Source of the DNA: a marine bacterium B5-7 | Lineage (GTDB): Bacteria; Pseudomonadota; Gammaproteobacteria; BQJM01 | Assembly (NCBI GenBank): GCA_021604705.1 | Contig: BQJM01000006.1 | Span: 2,087-66,086 of the forward strand | Length of the DNA stretch: 64,000 bases | Direction: 5' to 3' | Shown: piece after piece, positions 10,112 through 20,698 of the stretch | How positions within the stretch are numbered: the first letter of the stretch is position 1 | How the letters are laid out: the number at the start of each line of letters is the position of its first letter | Made by a program: the position numbers and the translations under genes | Notes under the pieces: generated by a model | Told to the model about the DNA's origin: nothing | Databases searched by the model: none | What the model saw: only the letters and a program-made list of their open reading frames with translations

Positions 10112-10969
10112 CTAAGCCGCCTCAGTCAACGCCGCTTTCAGTTTTTTCATCGCTTGCTGTTCTAATTGTCGGATACGTTCTGCAGAGACTTTGTATTCTG
10201 CCGCGAGTTCATGGAGCGTGGCTTTGTCTTCATTGAGCCAACGACGTTGCAAAATATCACGAGCACGGTCATCAAGCACGTCTAATGCATGATACAAACC
10301 TTGCTGCCCCAGCATCGCACGGTCTTGGTTTTCTAGCTGTAATAAAGGATTGCCACTGTGATCTTCTAAATACTGTGAAGGCGCAAATGCCACGGTGTCA
10401 TCATCGTCAGTCGGCGCATCAAAGGTAACATCCACATGATGTAAACGCGCTTCCATTTGCATCACATCTTTTGGTGTAACACCCAGCGTTTCTGCCACGT
10501 CTTTGACTTCTTGATCGGTAAACCAACCTAAGCGTTTTTTCTGTGAACGTAAGTTAAAAAATAATTTACGTTGCGCTTTGGTGGTTGCCATCTTTACGAT
10601 GCGCCAATTTTTTAAGACAAATTCATGAATCTCTGCTTTGACCCAATGTACCGCAAATGTCACCAAACGTACGCCGTGCGCGGGGTCAAAACGTTTAATC
10701 GCTTTCATTAAACCGATGTTGCCTTCTTGAATCAAATCACCTTCCGACAAACCGTAACCCATGTAGTTACGCGCGATTTTAATCACGAAGCGTAAGTGCG
10801 ACAGCGTTAATTGACGCGCAGCATCTAAGTCTTGTTCATAGTGCCAACGCTTGGCAAGATCGTCTTCTTCTTCCGCGGTGAGCATCGGAATTTGATTCGC
10901 CCAGTGGGTATAGGCATCGAGGTTTCCCAGGGGGGAATATTGATCGAGAGAGATGAGAGATTTTGTCAT
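10112..10969 (-). CDS. rpoH: RNA polymerase sigma-32 factor
   Basis: RpoH box QRKLFFNLR and sigma-70 regions 2 and 4. ATG at 10969 (MTKSL); the ORF-track start at 10978 is a GTG. Confidence 0.9.
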   Translation of the reverse strand: MTKSLISLDQYSPLGNLDAYTHWANQIPMLTAEEEDDLAKRWHYEQDLDAARQLTLSHLRFVIKIARNYMGYGLSEGDLIQEGNIGLMKAIKRFDPAHGVRLVTFAVHWVKAEIHEFVLKNWRIVKMATTKAQRKLFFNLRSQKKRLGWFTDQEVKDVAETLGVTPKDVMQMEARLHHVDVTFDAPTDDDDTVAFAPSQYLEDHSGNPLLQLENQDRAMLGQQGLYHALDVLDDRARDILQRRWLNEDKATLHELAAEYKVSAERIRQLEQQAMKKLKAALTEAA

Positions 10970-11054
10970 TGGAATCACACCATATCGTTCAAAATTTGGC
11001 GTATTCTAGCACAGCTTGGCCCGTTTTGCCAAGCTGTGTTTGATTCTAAAAATG

Positions 11055-11945
11055 TCAGCAATAGCCGGTTCTAGGAGAGAATACAGAAGTAAACCCTTCT
11101 CTGGGAAGCGGGAGCCCCTCGAGCTCCTTGCTGAGCTGCTGATTGCTGGGGATGTTGGGCAGTGCCTCCACTTGTTTGCGTGCTGCTTCAGCAGGTTTGA
11201 GCGCCTCAAGTAATGCGGTATCAGTTTTCACTGATGCTTGTTGCGCTATCTCTGCCAGTGTGCCGGGCACCGCTGCATTGTGCTCTGCAGCATGCGCGGC
11301 AAAAAAACTATTGCGTTCTAGTATCGTTACAAGCCAGAGGCATGTGTACGTTCTTGAGGTTTCCTGATCCGGTTTAGAGCGTCTTTGCGAGTCTAATGGG
11401 TAGAGGTGTGTCTTGTTCATGGTGAGCGTGGTTAAGTGTGTATGCGCATGTAAGACGCGTAAGAGCACGATCAAACCGGCCAAGGGGAAGTCCGAATGGT
11501 CTAAGGCCAGGGTGGTTAGCAATGGTAGTCTTTTTAGAAGGCGTGCCACTGGATACATCCCAACAGTCTCGCTTTCCGTCAAACCGGGTAAGCGTAATTC
11601 ACGCAATTGTTGGAAATAGGTTAAATAGTCATATTGAGTTTCGCCGGGTAGCGATTGGCTTAGTATGCTAGACAAATGTCGTGCTAAATGGGGATCGGCA
11701 CTATTCTGAATACCGAGCACCTGTAGATGTTTGGCTTGTGTGCATAGCCAAGCGAACAAACCAAAAAAACCAAAGAGTGCGGCTGGATACCTGGTGTGTG
11801 AGTGTAATCTGATGGTAAAGGTGGTGAGTTTGACCTCTTGTAGTAAGCGATAAATGTCACATAATTGAGAAACCATCTGACGGTCAACATCATAATATTT
11901 CTGTGTTAGATCATCGCATGGGGATTCTAGTACCTTTTTCAGCAA
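11055..11945 (-). CDS. Hypothetical protein with RNI-type LRR-like segment; probably the 3' part of a frameshifted gene
   Basis: LPLLTTLALDHSDFPLAGLIVLLRVLHAHTHLTTLTMNKTHL. It starts only at a TTG. The frame is open upstream to about 12117 and overlaps the ORF at 11996-12259. Confidence 0.4.
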   Translation of the reverse strand: MLKKVLESPCDDLTQKYYDVDRQMVSQLCDIYRLLQEVKLTTFTIRLHSHTRYPAALFGFFGLFAWLCTQAKHLQVLGIQNSADPHLARHLSSILSQSLPGETQYDYLTYFQQLRELRLPGLTESETVGMYPVARLLKRLPLLTTLALDHSDFPLAGLIVLLRVLHAHTHLTTLTMNKTHLYPLDSQRRSKPDQETSRTYTCLWLVTILERNSFFAAHAAEHNAAVPGTLAEIAQQASVKTDTALLEALKPAEAARKQVEALPNIPSNQQLSKELEGLPLPREGFTSVFSPRTGYC

Positions 11946-12403
11946 TGCAACATTGTCTTCAGTCGATAAAGCTTTCGTTAGCGGATACTTTGGCGCTAAA
12001 TGGGCATATACCCGGCCAAATAAATGGTATAAGAGTGCTTCGCTGAAGGGGCATGCATGGGGATGTCCCAGCGGAGTTCGCGACCCAACGTTGGTATAAA
12101 TTCTATAACTGGTGCATCACGATACAAGTCTAGTGTCGTGATGTTGTCGGGATTTAGTGTTGCTCCGTTAAATGTATTGGTCTCTGCTAATGGTAGGACC
12201 TCGGTCTCACCGTCATAGCTTCGCGCTTCGGAGGGTTGTTTTTCGCCTTGCTTCCTCATGCCGATTGTGTACTGGTCCCCAGCAAATACGGTAGGTTTAC
12301 ATGTGCAAGCCAGCTTTCTAAGTTGACTGGATCGCCGGCGTGGGTGTATCTAAGGGCATAACATTATTCTCCTGTTGTTGTTAACAATGGTTGCCGAGGG
12401 CTT

Positions 12404-13453
12404 TTAGCCTTGCACATTAAACGGAATAAATACCTCGTTGAGTTGTTGCGTAGCACGTACAAAGGTGGTGCGTTTGGATAATTCTTTCAGTCGTGAAGCA
12501 CCGACGTAGGTACAGGTTGATCGTAAACCGCCGAGTATGTCTAACACTGTATCTTCTACAGGCCCGCGATAAGGCATATCAATCGAACGTCCTTCGCTAG
12601 AGCGGTAGTCGGCCACTTTGCCATGATGTTTTTCCATGGCTTCCGTTGAGCTCATACCATAAAAGCGTTTGAAAGATTTTCCGTTGACGTCGATGATTTC
12701 GCCGTTACATTCATCATGTCCAGCAAACATGCCGCCTAACATCACAAAATCTGCACCGGCTGCGAATGCTTTGGCAATGTCGCCTGGCACCGTGCAACCA
12801 CCATCGGCGCACACATGTCCGCCTAAACCGTGCGCTGCATCCGCACACTCGATAATCGCAGACAGTTGCGGATAACCCACCCCTGTTTTTTTACGCGTGG
12901 TGCACACAGAACCTGGGCCAATACCGATTTTTACAATGTCGGCGCCAGAGATAATGAGTTCTTCTGCCATTTCACCGGTGACGACATTACCCGCCATGAT
13001 AATGTGCTCGGGGAAATTGTCTCGAACCTCTTGTACGAAGTCGACGAAATATTGCGTGTAACCGTTCGCAACATCCAAACAAATGAACGGTGTTTTGACG
13101 GCAGATAAAACTGTTTTTAATTTTGTAATGTCTTCTTTGCGCGTGCCAGAACTGACAAAGGTATGAGAGACAACGTCTTTGTGTTGTTTCGCAAATGCCT
13201 TCCATTGTTGTTCATCGGCAAATTTATCGATAGCCGTTAGTAGCTGATGTTTGCCTAACATGGCTGCCATCTCGAACGTACCCGTGTGATCCATATTTGC
13301 GGCAATGATGGGAATACCTGTCCATTGTTGTTGTGATACTTTGAAGGTATAGGTACGTTCTAGGGAAACTTCTGAGCGGGATTTTAATGTGCTGCGTTTG
13401 GGGCGAATTAAAACATCTTTAAAGTCTAATTTAACATCTTCTTCTATGCGCAT
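12404..13453 (-). CDS. guaC: GMP reductase
   Basis: IMPDH/GMPR barrel with [11 protein letters not shown]. At 349 aa with no CBS insert, it fits GMP reductase. Confidence 0.85.
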   Translation of the reverse strand: MRIEEDVKLDFKDVLIRPKRSTLKSRSEVSLERTYTFKVSQQQWTGIPIIAANMDHTGTFEMAAMLGKHQLLTAIDKFADEQQWKAFAKQHKDVVSHTFVSSGTRKEDITKLKTVLSAVKTPFICLDVANGYTQYFVDFVQEVRDNFPEHIIMAGNVVTGEMAEELIISGADIVKIGIGPGSVCTTRKKTGVGYPQLSAIIECADAAHGLGGHVCADGGCTVPGDIAKAFAAGADFVMLGGMFAGHDECNGEIIDVNGKSFKRFYGMSSTEAMEKHHGKVADYRSSEGRSIDMPYRGPVEDTVLDILGGLRSTCTYVGASRLKELSKRTTFVRATQQLNEVFIPFNVQG

Positions 13454-13499
13454 GAAATTTCTCGTTGTCGGCCTATTAACGCCGTATTATCCCGAAAAT

Positions 13500-14522
13500 T
13501 TACGCTTTTTGCAATTGGGACAATGCTTCCAGCACTTTGGCAGGCAACAAATCCTGCAAGCATTTCAAATGGCCTAATGGGCAAGTCCGCTTGAAGCAAG
13601 GGCTACAGTCTAAGCCCATCGATAAAATGCTCATTTTTGAAGGATCCGCTAATGGCGGGGTAAATATGGGGCTGGATGAGCCATAGAGCACAACCAATGG
13701 TTTTTTTAAGGCGGCAGCGATGTGCATGAGGCCAGAATCATTACTGACAACGGCATCGGCTAAAGATAATAAATCAATCGCTTCAACTAAATTAGTACGT
13801 CCGCATAAATCTACACAACGATTTTGTGTGAGTGCTTGAATATCAGCAGCTAGGTTTTTTTCATTGGGCGATCCAAAGATCCATACTTGCCAGCCTTCAG
13901 CGATCTTCTCTTGTGCGACTTTGGCAAAGTGCGCCGTGGGCCAACGTTTTGCGGGTCCAAATGCAGCACCGGGGCATAAGGCTAATACGGGTTGCGTGGG
14001 TTTTTCTATTTGTACTTTTTCTAAAGCCTTGTTGATATCCTCAGCATTGACGTGCAGTTCCGGATAAATATACGGTTTTTCTAGTGTTGCATCCGCGGGT
14101 AGTCCCAGCGCCATAAAGCGTTCAATCATCAGGGGATAGCGTGTTTTATCAAGTTGTCGTACATCATTTAATAAACCGTAACGCCACTCGCCGCGCCAAC
14201 CGGTACGTAAAGGAATGTTTGCAAAAAAAGGTGTTAATGCAGACTTCCATGAATTGGTCGTGACGATAGCATGATCGTATTGTTGTTCGCGTAATTGCAG
14301 GCCCAAACGTCGACGCGCATTGAATGCAAAATCTCCGTGCCCGAGTGGCAAGGTGAACACCTCAGTAATTTCTGGCATGCGTTTAGCCAGTGCCGCCGTT
14401 GATCGTGGCGCGAGGATATCGATTTGTGTGTCGGGTTCGCGCTGTTTAATGAGTTTAAACAAACACTGAGCCATGATCATATCACCGACCCAAGCAGGGC
14501 TGACGATCAAGGTTTTTTTCAT
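13500..14522 (-). CDS. waaF: ADP-heptose:LPS heptosyltransferase II (GT9)
   Basis: N-terminal MKKTLIVSPAWVGDMIMAQ resembles RfaF. ATGA overlap with the upstream zinc-finger ORF supports the start at 14522. Confidence 0.78.
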   Translation of the reverse strand: MKKTLIVSPAWVGDMIMAQCLFKLIKQREPDTQIDILAPRSTAALAKRMPEITEVFTLPLGHGDFAFNARRRLGLQLREQQYDHAIVTTNSWKSALTPFFANIPLRTGWRGEWRYGLLNDVRQLDKTRYPLMIERFMALGLPADATLEKPYIYPELHVNAEDINKALEKVQIEKPTQPVLALCPGAAFGPAKRWPTAHFAKVAQEKIAEGWQVWIFGSPNEKNLAADIQALTQNRCVDLCGRTNLVEAIDLLSLADAVVSNDSGLMHIAAALKKPLVVLYGSSSPIFTPPLADPSKMSILSMGLDCSPCFKRTCPLGHLKCLQDLLPAKVLEALSQLQKA

Positions 14523-14731
14523 GTGTGGGACTCGTGATCGGTTAGTACATAGGTAACGTCGCAATAAGGACAGGTCGCATGCCCGGCGTCTTCAATCGGT
14601 AAAAACACACGGGGGTGTGCATCCCACAAGCGTTCATTCGCGCGGGGGCAAGATAAAGGTAAATCAGCATGCGTAAGCTCTACGCGACGTTGGGTGCTGG
14701 CAGCGGGTTGGCTCATATCGATTGCCTCCAA
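14519..14731 (-). CDS. Small zinc-finger (CHCC-type) protein
   Basis: SCP...HATCPYCDVTYVL. Translationally coupled to waaF. Confidence 0.55.
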   Translation of the reverse strand: MEAIDMSQPAASTQRRVELTHADLPLSCPRANERLWDAHPRVFLPIEDAGHATCPYCDVTYVLTDHESHT

Positions 14732-14865
14732 AAAAGGCGGGTAAGAAAGAAGTCCAGAAGGATAGCTTCACCCCCGGAAGGATGCAAATACTTTCCTGGT
14801 ATGGTTGATTTTTGTACCACCTTCGCGTATTATCTCGCGAAAATAATATTAGAAGGTGTGTATTT

Positions 14866-16077
14866 ATGTTGTCAGCAGCAACAGTGAGCTCTCAAGAAGC
14901 TTATCAACGAGCCTTTATTGGCAAAGCAAATTACGTAGCATCTTTACGCCCGTCCTCTCCGGTAGATTCTATTTGTCAGGCATTGACTGAGCCAGATTTT
15001 CGTCAGATAGCTGGTTCTGAGTATCTGATAACTTGGGAGCAGCTATTTCAGCAATATTTTTCGCATTATTACCCAACAAACGGAAATGTATCTCAGTGTC
15101 CCAAAGCGTTTGGAGATTATTATGAAAAAAATTTGTTATGCCTTCAAAATCGTTTAAGTGACAAGCCTGATTTTCAAGGTAGAGCAGCGTTTGGGCATGT
15201 AAAACCTGATTGGTTTTTTGCGTTTTGTTTGGCGTATACCTATACGTTTTCAATGTTTCAGCCTGAAAAAAGATATTTGATGAGTGTGATTTTTCATGAT
15301 CGGGTAGATTTGTTAGAAGCTTTCATTCCACGTTGCGACACAGTGGATGAATACCAACAAGCACTCGAGGACTTGTTGGGTGAGGTGTATAAACCAAAGA
15401 TGCGTGTAGCCAAAGCAAAGGTCTATGATGTGCTTTACTGGATGAGAGAACAAAAAGCCCGTCAGTGTTTAAAATTTGTTTTTGATCGGATAAAAGAGAT
15501 GTTTCTAATGCGAGAAAAAGAGCCGACGAAGTCTGATAATGAGTCAACTGAGGTGTCACCTTTCCTCATGACTTTGCATGGTTGTGATGCTGCATTGATG
15601 CATGCTGCTGTGTTGACTGAGAATACAAGGGTGCTTTGTCAGCAAGTTAATTTCTGGGAGACCACAGATGAATTTTCTACGTATGCGGTTTTATTAGCCG
15701 GGACTTTTAATTGTCTGGCGAGCATGAAAGTTTTGTTGGGAGCTGGCGTTTCTCCTAATGAGTGCGAACTTCATGGTACAACGGCACTACATGAAGCCAT
15801 CCGTTATTTTTCATCACAAGACATGCTGGCATTATTAATAAAACACTCGCAGCCTGGCTTGTTGGATTATGAGGGAAAGACGCCGCAGGGTGTCGCACAA
15901 AAAGTGAAAAACACAGTTGCAGAAAGATTCTTGAGTCAACACTCTGTGAGGGATGTGGCAGCTCAACTGATGGATTGGTCTTCTGATACGCGCAGGGTGG
16001 ATGATAATAATGATGATTCGCCCAGACCGATTAGTCCCTCACCCCTGATACGATCCTTTGGTGCTAGCGGGCATTAG
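14866..16077 (+). CDS. Ankyrin-repeat protein (candidate secreted effector)
   Basis: ATG 14866 follows agaaggtg. C-terminal half has ANK-like LLGAGVSPNECELHGTTALHEAI and YEGKTPQGVAQ. Confidence 0.65.
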   Translation: MLSAATVSSQEAYQRAFIGKANYVASLRPSSPVDSICQALTEPDFRQIAGSEYLITWEQLFQQYFSHYYPTNGNVSQCPKAFGDYYEKNLLCLQNRLSDKPDFQGRAAFGHVKPDWFFAFCLAYTYTFSMFQPEKRYLMSVIFHDRVDLLEAFIPRCDTVDEYQQALEDLLGEVYKPKMRVAKAKVYDVLYWMREQKARQCLKFVFDRIKEMFLMREKEPTKSDNESTEVSPFLMTLHGCDAALMHAAVLTENTRVLCQQVNFWETTDEFSTYAVLLAGTFNCLASMKVLLGAGVSPNECELHGTTALHEAIRYFSSQDMLALLIKHSQPGLLDYEGKTPQGVAQKVKNTVAERFLSQHSVRDVAAQLMDWSSDTRRVDDNNDDSPRPISPSPLIRSFGASGH

Positions 16078-16078
16078 A

Positions 16079-17524
16079 TTAAGCCGCTACCAAATCCAAC
16101 TCACGCGCGGCTTTCACATCATCCAGGCGTGTGACAGGCATGGTGTGAGGCGCTTGTTTGATGGTGTCAGGCTCATCATGCATTTCTTTTAAAATACTCG
16201 CCATGGCATCGATGAATTGATCCAAGGTTTGTTTGCTTTCTGTTTCTGTGGGTTCGATCAGCAAACATTCTGGGACTAAAGTCGGAAAATAAGTCGTTGG
16301 CGCATGGAATTGATAATCCAACAAACGTTTCGCTAAATCCATGGCCGTAATCCCCGTTTCTTTCGTTTGATTCTTTAGCGTCACGATAAACTCATGTGTT
16401 GCACGTCGTTCCGGGAAGGCTAAATCGTAACCTAAGTCTTCTAAACGTTTCATTAAGTAATTGGCATTTAACGTCGCGAATTCAGCCACGCGGATCAAAC
16501 CATCCTTCCCTAGCATACGAATGTAAATATGCGCACGCAGCAAAATACCGACGTTACCCATAAAGGCAGATAAACGCCCCATGCTTTGCGGAAAATCGGT
16601 TTCATTCTGCCAGTAGTAACCCTGTGTATTCTTAGCGACGATAGGTGTTGGTACAAAAGGTTCTAAACGCTCGCTGACGGCGATGGGGCCAGCGCCAGGA
16701 CCACCGCCACCGTGTGGCGTAGCAAAGGTTTTGTGTAGGTTCATGTGCATCACATCAAAGCCCATGTCGCCAGGACGTGTTTTTCCGAGAATCGCATTCA
16801 AGTTTGCACCATCGTAATATAATAAACCGCCTGCCGCATGTAGCATGTCTGCAATGGTTTTGATGTCGCGTTCAAACACACCTAAAGTCGATGGGTTCGT
16901 TAACATGATCCCTGCGGTTTGTGGGCCGAGTGCTGCTTTTAATGCATCGAGATCTAAATCACCATCGGCTTTGGTCGGAATTTCTTTCACGGTAAAGCCA
17001 CCAAACACTGCACTAGCAGGGTTGGTGCCATGCGCCGCGTCCGGCACTAACATTTCTGTGCGGGCATGATCATCACGTGCTTGATGATAGGCCTTAATCA
17101 TGCGAACACCCGCAAGCTCACCTTGCGCACCGGCCATGGGCGTTAAAGAAATGCCTTTCATGCCAGTAATCGCGAGTAAATCTTCTTGCAGCTCATACAA
17201 GCACGCCATAATACCTTGGCTGTGTGCAAGCGGTGCCAAGGGGTGGCGCATCGCAAACCCAGGTAGCAATGCATTTTTATGGGCACCACGTGGATTGTAT
17301 TTCATCGTGCATGATCCCAAGGGATAAAAATGGGTATCGATGGAAAAATTCAAGCGAGATAATTGCGTGTAATGACGCACGACGTCTAGCTCAGACATCG
17401 CAGGTAAACCGATCTTAGCATTTCGGCGCAGATCAGCTGGTATATCAGGGCAGTCTGTGTTCGTTTTAAGAAGTTGGCTGCGGGCAACACGGGTTGCTTG
17501 TGATTTTTCGAAAATGTTTGTCAT
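16079..17524 (-). CDS. gcvPB: Glycine dehydrogenase (decarboxylating) subunit 2
   Basis: PLP site NLHKTF; 481 aa, typical of split GcvP. Confidence 0.92.
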   Translation of the reverse strand: MTNIFEKSQATRVARSQLLKTNTDCPDIPADLRRNAKIGLPAMSELDVVRHYTQLSRLNFSIDTHFYPLGSCTMKYNPRGAHKNALLPGFAMRHPLAPLAHSQGIMACLYELQEDLLAITGMKGISLTPMAGAQGELAGVRMIKAYHQARDDHARTEMLVPDAAHGTNPASAVFGGFTVKEIPTKADGDLDLDALKAALGPQTAGIMLTNPSTLGVFERDIKTIADMLHAAGGLLYYDGANLNAILGKTRPGDMGFDVMHMNLHKTFATPHGGGGPGAGPIAVSERLEPFVPTPIVAKNTQGYYWQNETDFPQSMGRLSAFMGNVGILLRAHIYIRMLGKDGLIRVAEFATLNANYLMKRLEDLGYDLAFPERRATHEFIVTLKNQTKETGITAMDLAKRLLDYQFHAPTTYFPTLVPECLLIEPTETESKQTLDQFIDAMASILKEMHDEPDTIKQAPHTMPVTRLDDVKAARELDLVAA

Positions 17525-17546
17525 AAAAAAACCTATTTACTTTGTA

Positions 17547-17655
17547 GCGCGACCGAGTATCTCTTTCAAAAACACGCAAACTAACGGCCGTCCTTGGCGC
17601 TCGACGGCGGCTATCCCTGCCGCCGACGGTTTTTGAAAGAGATACTCGATCGCGC
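17547..17655. repeat. Family-2 long inverted-repeat element between gcvPB and gcvPA
   Basis: Arms are gcgcgaccgagtatctctttcaaaaac / gtttttgaaagagatactcgatcgcgc (27 bp, one mismatch). The 55-nt centre holds a second GC-rich hairpin. Confidence 0.8.
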
Positions 17656-17688
17656 TTCATCGCTTAATACTTGTTACTTCGTTAACAT

Positions 17689-17770
17689 CTGTCATCCCGG
17701 CCTTGAGCCGGGATCTCCATCTATTACCTCTGTGCCATCAGGAGATTCCGGGTCAAGCCCGGCATGACAG
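17689..17770. repeat. REP/MITE-like composite, family 1
   Basis: ctgtcatcccggccttgagccgggatctccatcta ... caggagattccgggtcaagcccggcatgacag. Confidence 0.9.
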
Positions 17771-17775
17771 CAGAC

Positions 17776-19116
17776 CTATAAACAATCCTTTAAAGCCATC
17801 TTATACTGCGCCAACATTTCTGGGGTTTTGGTTTCCGTCGCACACACCAATAAACAATTTTCTAGTGCGGGGAAATATTCACCCAGCCAAACACCGCCTT
17901 GGATATGGTAATCCGCTAATTTTTCTAATATTGCAGGGACGGGTTGCTCAAATTGCAAAACCGCCTCATGAAAAAATGGCGTATCAAATCGTTGAGACAC
18001 CCCATCTAATTCACATAAGGATGCGACTAATTGTTTGGTATTCGCGTGCGATGCACTGGCAACAGCGCTTAAACCCTCATCGCCCATTAAACTCATGTAA
18101 ATGGTTGCTGCAGTGACTAACAAGCCTTGGTTAGTGCAAATATTTGAGGTCGCTTTGGCACGACGAATGTGTTGTTCGCGCGCTTGTAATGTTAGCGTGT
18201 AACCGATTTTTTCGTTTTGATCGTGTGTTCGCCCAACAATGCGACCAGGCATTTGACGCACCAAGGCTTTCTTTGCTGTTAATAAGCCAAAGTAGGGTCC
18301 GCCTGACGCTAATGGCACACCTAGTGGTTGGCCTTCGCCGCAAGCGATATCGGCGCCCTGCTCACCCCATTCACCCGGTGGTTTGAGTAATGCTAAGCTA
18401 GTGGGATTAACTGCACCAACGACCAAGGCATTGTTTGCATGGGCCCAGTCGGTGAGTGCGTCGACTTGTTCTAAGCCACCAAAGAAATTGGGTTGAGCAA
18501 TCACGAGCACAGAAAATTCAGTGCTTGGTAATGTGTTTATATCGATTTGCCCCGTCGTTTCATCGAAAGGTAAAACTTCAAATGTAAAGTTCGGACATAA
18601 GGTGTCGATGACTTGGCGATATAAAGGATGCAAACTGCCAGGGATGATGACGTGATCGCTTTTGTTTCGGCGGTTGCTGCGAACAGCCATTAAGATGGCT
18701 TCAATTAATGCGGAGGCACCATCGTACATCGATGCATTCGACACATCCATGCCGGTTAAGCGGGCCATCATGGTTTGGTATTCGTAAATTAATTGTAGGG
18801 TGCCTTGACTCGCTTCCGCTTGATACGGTGTATATGCTGTCATGAATTCACCACGTGAAGTGACATCCCATACAGCGGCAGGAATAAAATGTTCGTAAGC
18901 CCCTGCCCCTAAAAAACAAAGGTTATTTGCATCTTGGCGGGCGCGTTGAAACATTTGTTGGCTTATTGCCATTTCAGATAATCCATCAGGGATTTCTTTG
19001 AGATCATCGCAACGTAATGCCGCAGGAATTTCTTCAAAGAGTTGTTCAATGCTATCAACACCAATGGCGCTGAGCATTGTGTTCACATCATCTTCCGTAT
19101 GGGGAATAAAAGGCAT
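17776..19116 (-). CDS. gcvPA: Glycine dehydrogenase (decarboxylating) subunit 1
   Basis: 446 aa with GcvPA-like sequence, sitting between gcvH and gcvPB. Confidence 0.92.
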   Translation of the reverse strand: MPFIPHTEDDVNTMLSAIGVDSIEQLFEEIPAALRCDDLKEIPDGLSEMAISQQMFQRARQDANNLCFLGAGAYEHFIPAAVWDVTSRGEFMTAYTPYQAEASQGTLQLIYEYQTMMARLTGMDVSNASMYDGASALIEAILMAVRSNRRNKSDHVIIPGSLHPLYRQVIDTLCPNFTFEVLPFDETTGQIDINTLPSTEFSVLVIAQPNFFGGLEQVDALTDWAHANNALVVGAVNPTSLALLKPPGEWGEQGADIACGEGQPLGVPLASGGPYFGLLTAKKALVRQMPGRIVGRTHDQNEKIGYTLTLQAREQHIRRAKATSNICTNQGLLVTAATIYMSLMGDEGLSAVASASHANTKQLVASLCELDGVSQRFDTPFFHEAVLQFEQPVPAILEKLADYHIQGGVWLGEYFPALENCLLVCATETKTPEMLAQYKMALKDCL

Positions 19117-19118
19117 GC

Positions 19119-19511
19119 TTAACTCTCACTGTCGATTTGGTTCTGGTACGTTTCAGCATCCATCAGGCTGTCAAATTCTACATCGCTGCTGGCTTGCATG
19201 CGGAATAACCAACCTTCGTGGAAAGGGTCTTTATTCACTAAATCTGGACTGTCCGCTAATGCTTCGTTGATTTCAGTGACTTCACCTTCAATCGGCAAGT
19301 ACACATCGGATGCTGCTTTGACGGATTCAACGACAGCACAATCTGTGCCAGCACGATCATTTAAACCGACTTCCGGCAATTCAACGAAAACCAACTCGCC
19401 CAATAGTGCTTGTGCATGATCGGTAATACCCACCGTAAAACCGCCTTCTGGATCGGCTTTCACCCATTCGTGGGAAGCCGTATAACGACGGTCGTTTTCT
19501 ATATCACTCAT
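19119..19511 (-). CDS. gcvH: Glycine cleavage system H protein
   Basis: Lipoyl-lysine motif VESVKAASD; 130 aa. Confidence 0.92.
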   Translation of the reverse strand: MSDIENDRRYTASHEWVKADPEGGFTVGITDHAQALLGELVFVELPEVGLNDRAGTDCAVVESVKAASDVYLPIEGEVTEINEALADSPDLVNKDPFHEGWLFRMQASSDVEFDSLMDAETYQNQIDSES

Positions 19512-20605
19512 GCTGATTTCTCCTCTTTATAAACAGCCTGACCCTTGCGCACAAATGGCGGAGTCACGACGATAGCATGTAAATTTTTGTTGCGAATCTC
19601 AACTTGGCAGTTTGCCACCATGGGGGTGGGGATGCGTGCCAAGGCAATGGATTTTTGTAGGGTTGGTGAAAAAGTCCCGCTGGTGATGACGCCGTCTCCG
19701 TGCTCGGTGATTACGCGTTGTCCTTCACGCAAGACACCGCGGTCTTGCAAAATCAAACCGACTAATTGTTGTGTGATGCCCGTGTCTTTTTCATGTTGCA
19801 ATAATTCTCGGCCGATAAAGTGACGGTTGTCAGGTTCCCAGGCGATGGTCCATGCCAAGCCGCTGATTAACGGGGAGGTTGTGTCATCCATATCATGGCC
19901 ATATAAATTCATGGCGGCTTCTAAGCGTAAAGTATCGCGTGAACCTAACCCGCAAGGTTTTACGCCGGCATCCAGTAATTGTTGCCAGAATGCCGCAGCT
20001 TCATCCTGTGGCAATAGTATTTCTAGGCCATCTTCGCCCGTGTAACCGGTGCGAGCAAACCACCAATTGTTATGCTCAACGCCGTTAAATGGTTTGAGTG
20101 TGGTAAGCGATTCAGACACATCATCCGATACGATTTGTTTAACCGTATCAATCGCTTTCGGTCCTTGCACCGCAATGATGGCAAAGTCAGTTTGTACTTG
20201 CAGTGATACTTGAAACGATTGTTTATGCTGTTGCATCCACGCAACATCTTTTTCTGCGGTCGCTGCATTGACGACAATGCGATAGTCTTGTTCGGTGTAA
20301 CGATAAACAATCATGTCATCGATGATGCCGCCGTTGGCATTCAGCATGCAGGTATAAAGTGCTTTACCCACTTTTTTTAATTTATCGACATCGTTAGCCA
20401 GCAAGTAACGTAAAAAAGGACGCGCTTCGGGCCCGATGATATCGACCACACACATGTGTGACACATCGAACATGCCCATGGCTTGGCGCACGGCGTGGTG
20501 TTCTTCAATGAGCGAGCCGTAATGGATGGGCATTTCCCAATCCGCGAACGACACCATCTTGCCACCGGCATCGATATGCTGTTGAAAAAGACAGGTTTTT
20601 TTCAT
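19508..20605 (-). CDS. gcvT: Aminomethyltransferase (glycine cleavage T protein)
   Basis: 365 aa, MVSFADWEMPIHYGS N-terminus. ATGA overlap with gcvH. Confidence 0.92.
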   Translation of the reverse strand: MKKTCLFQQHIDAGGKMVSFADWEMPIHYGSLIEEHHAVRQAMGMFDVSHMCVVDIIGPEARPFLRYLLANDVDKLKKVGKALYTCMLNANGGIIDDMIVYRYTEQDYRIVVNAATAEKDVAWMQQHKQSFQVSLQVQTDFAIIAVQGPKAIDTVKQIVSDDVSESLTTLKPFNGVEHNNWWFARTGYTGEDGLEILLPQDEAAAFWQQLLDAGVKPCGLGSRDTLRLEAAMNLYGHDMDDTTSPLISGLAWTIAWEPDNRHFIGRELLQHEKDTGITQQLVGLILQDRGVLREGQRVITEHGDGVITSGTFSPTLQKSIALARIPTPMVANCQVEIRNKNLHAIVVTPPFVRKGQAVYKEEKSA

Positions 20606-20698
20606 CTTCTTGCCTTATGGGCTAATTTAGCAGGTCATTCTAGCTGAGGATGGTGTGACTGTCATTAAGGACGGCGTGGTCAGTTTTTAACCTTCCCG

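Noticed and set aside
20606-20698. Possible glycine riboswitch in front of gcvT.
   Set aside because: Only 93 nt are available. Read in gene sense, they lack the conserved GGAGAG...CACCG..GGGCAA-type aptamer core.
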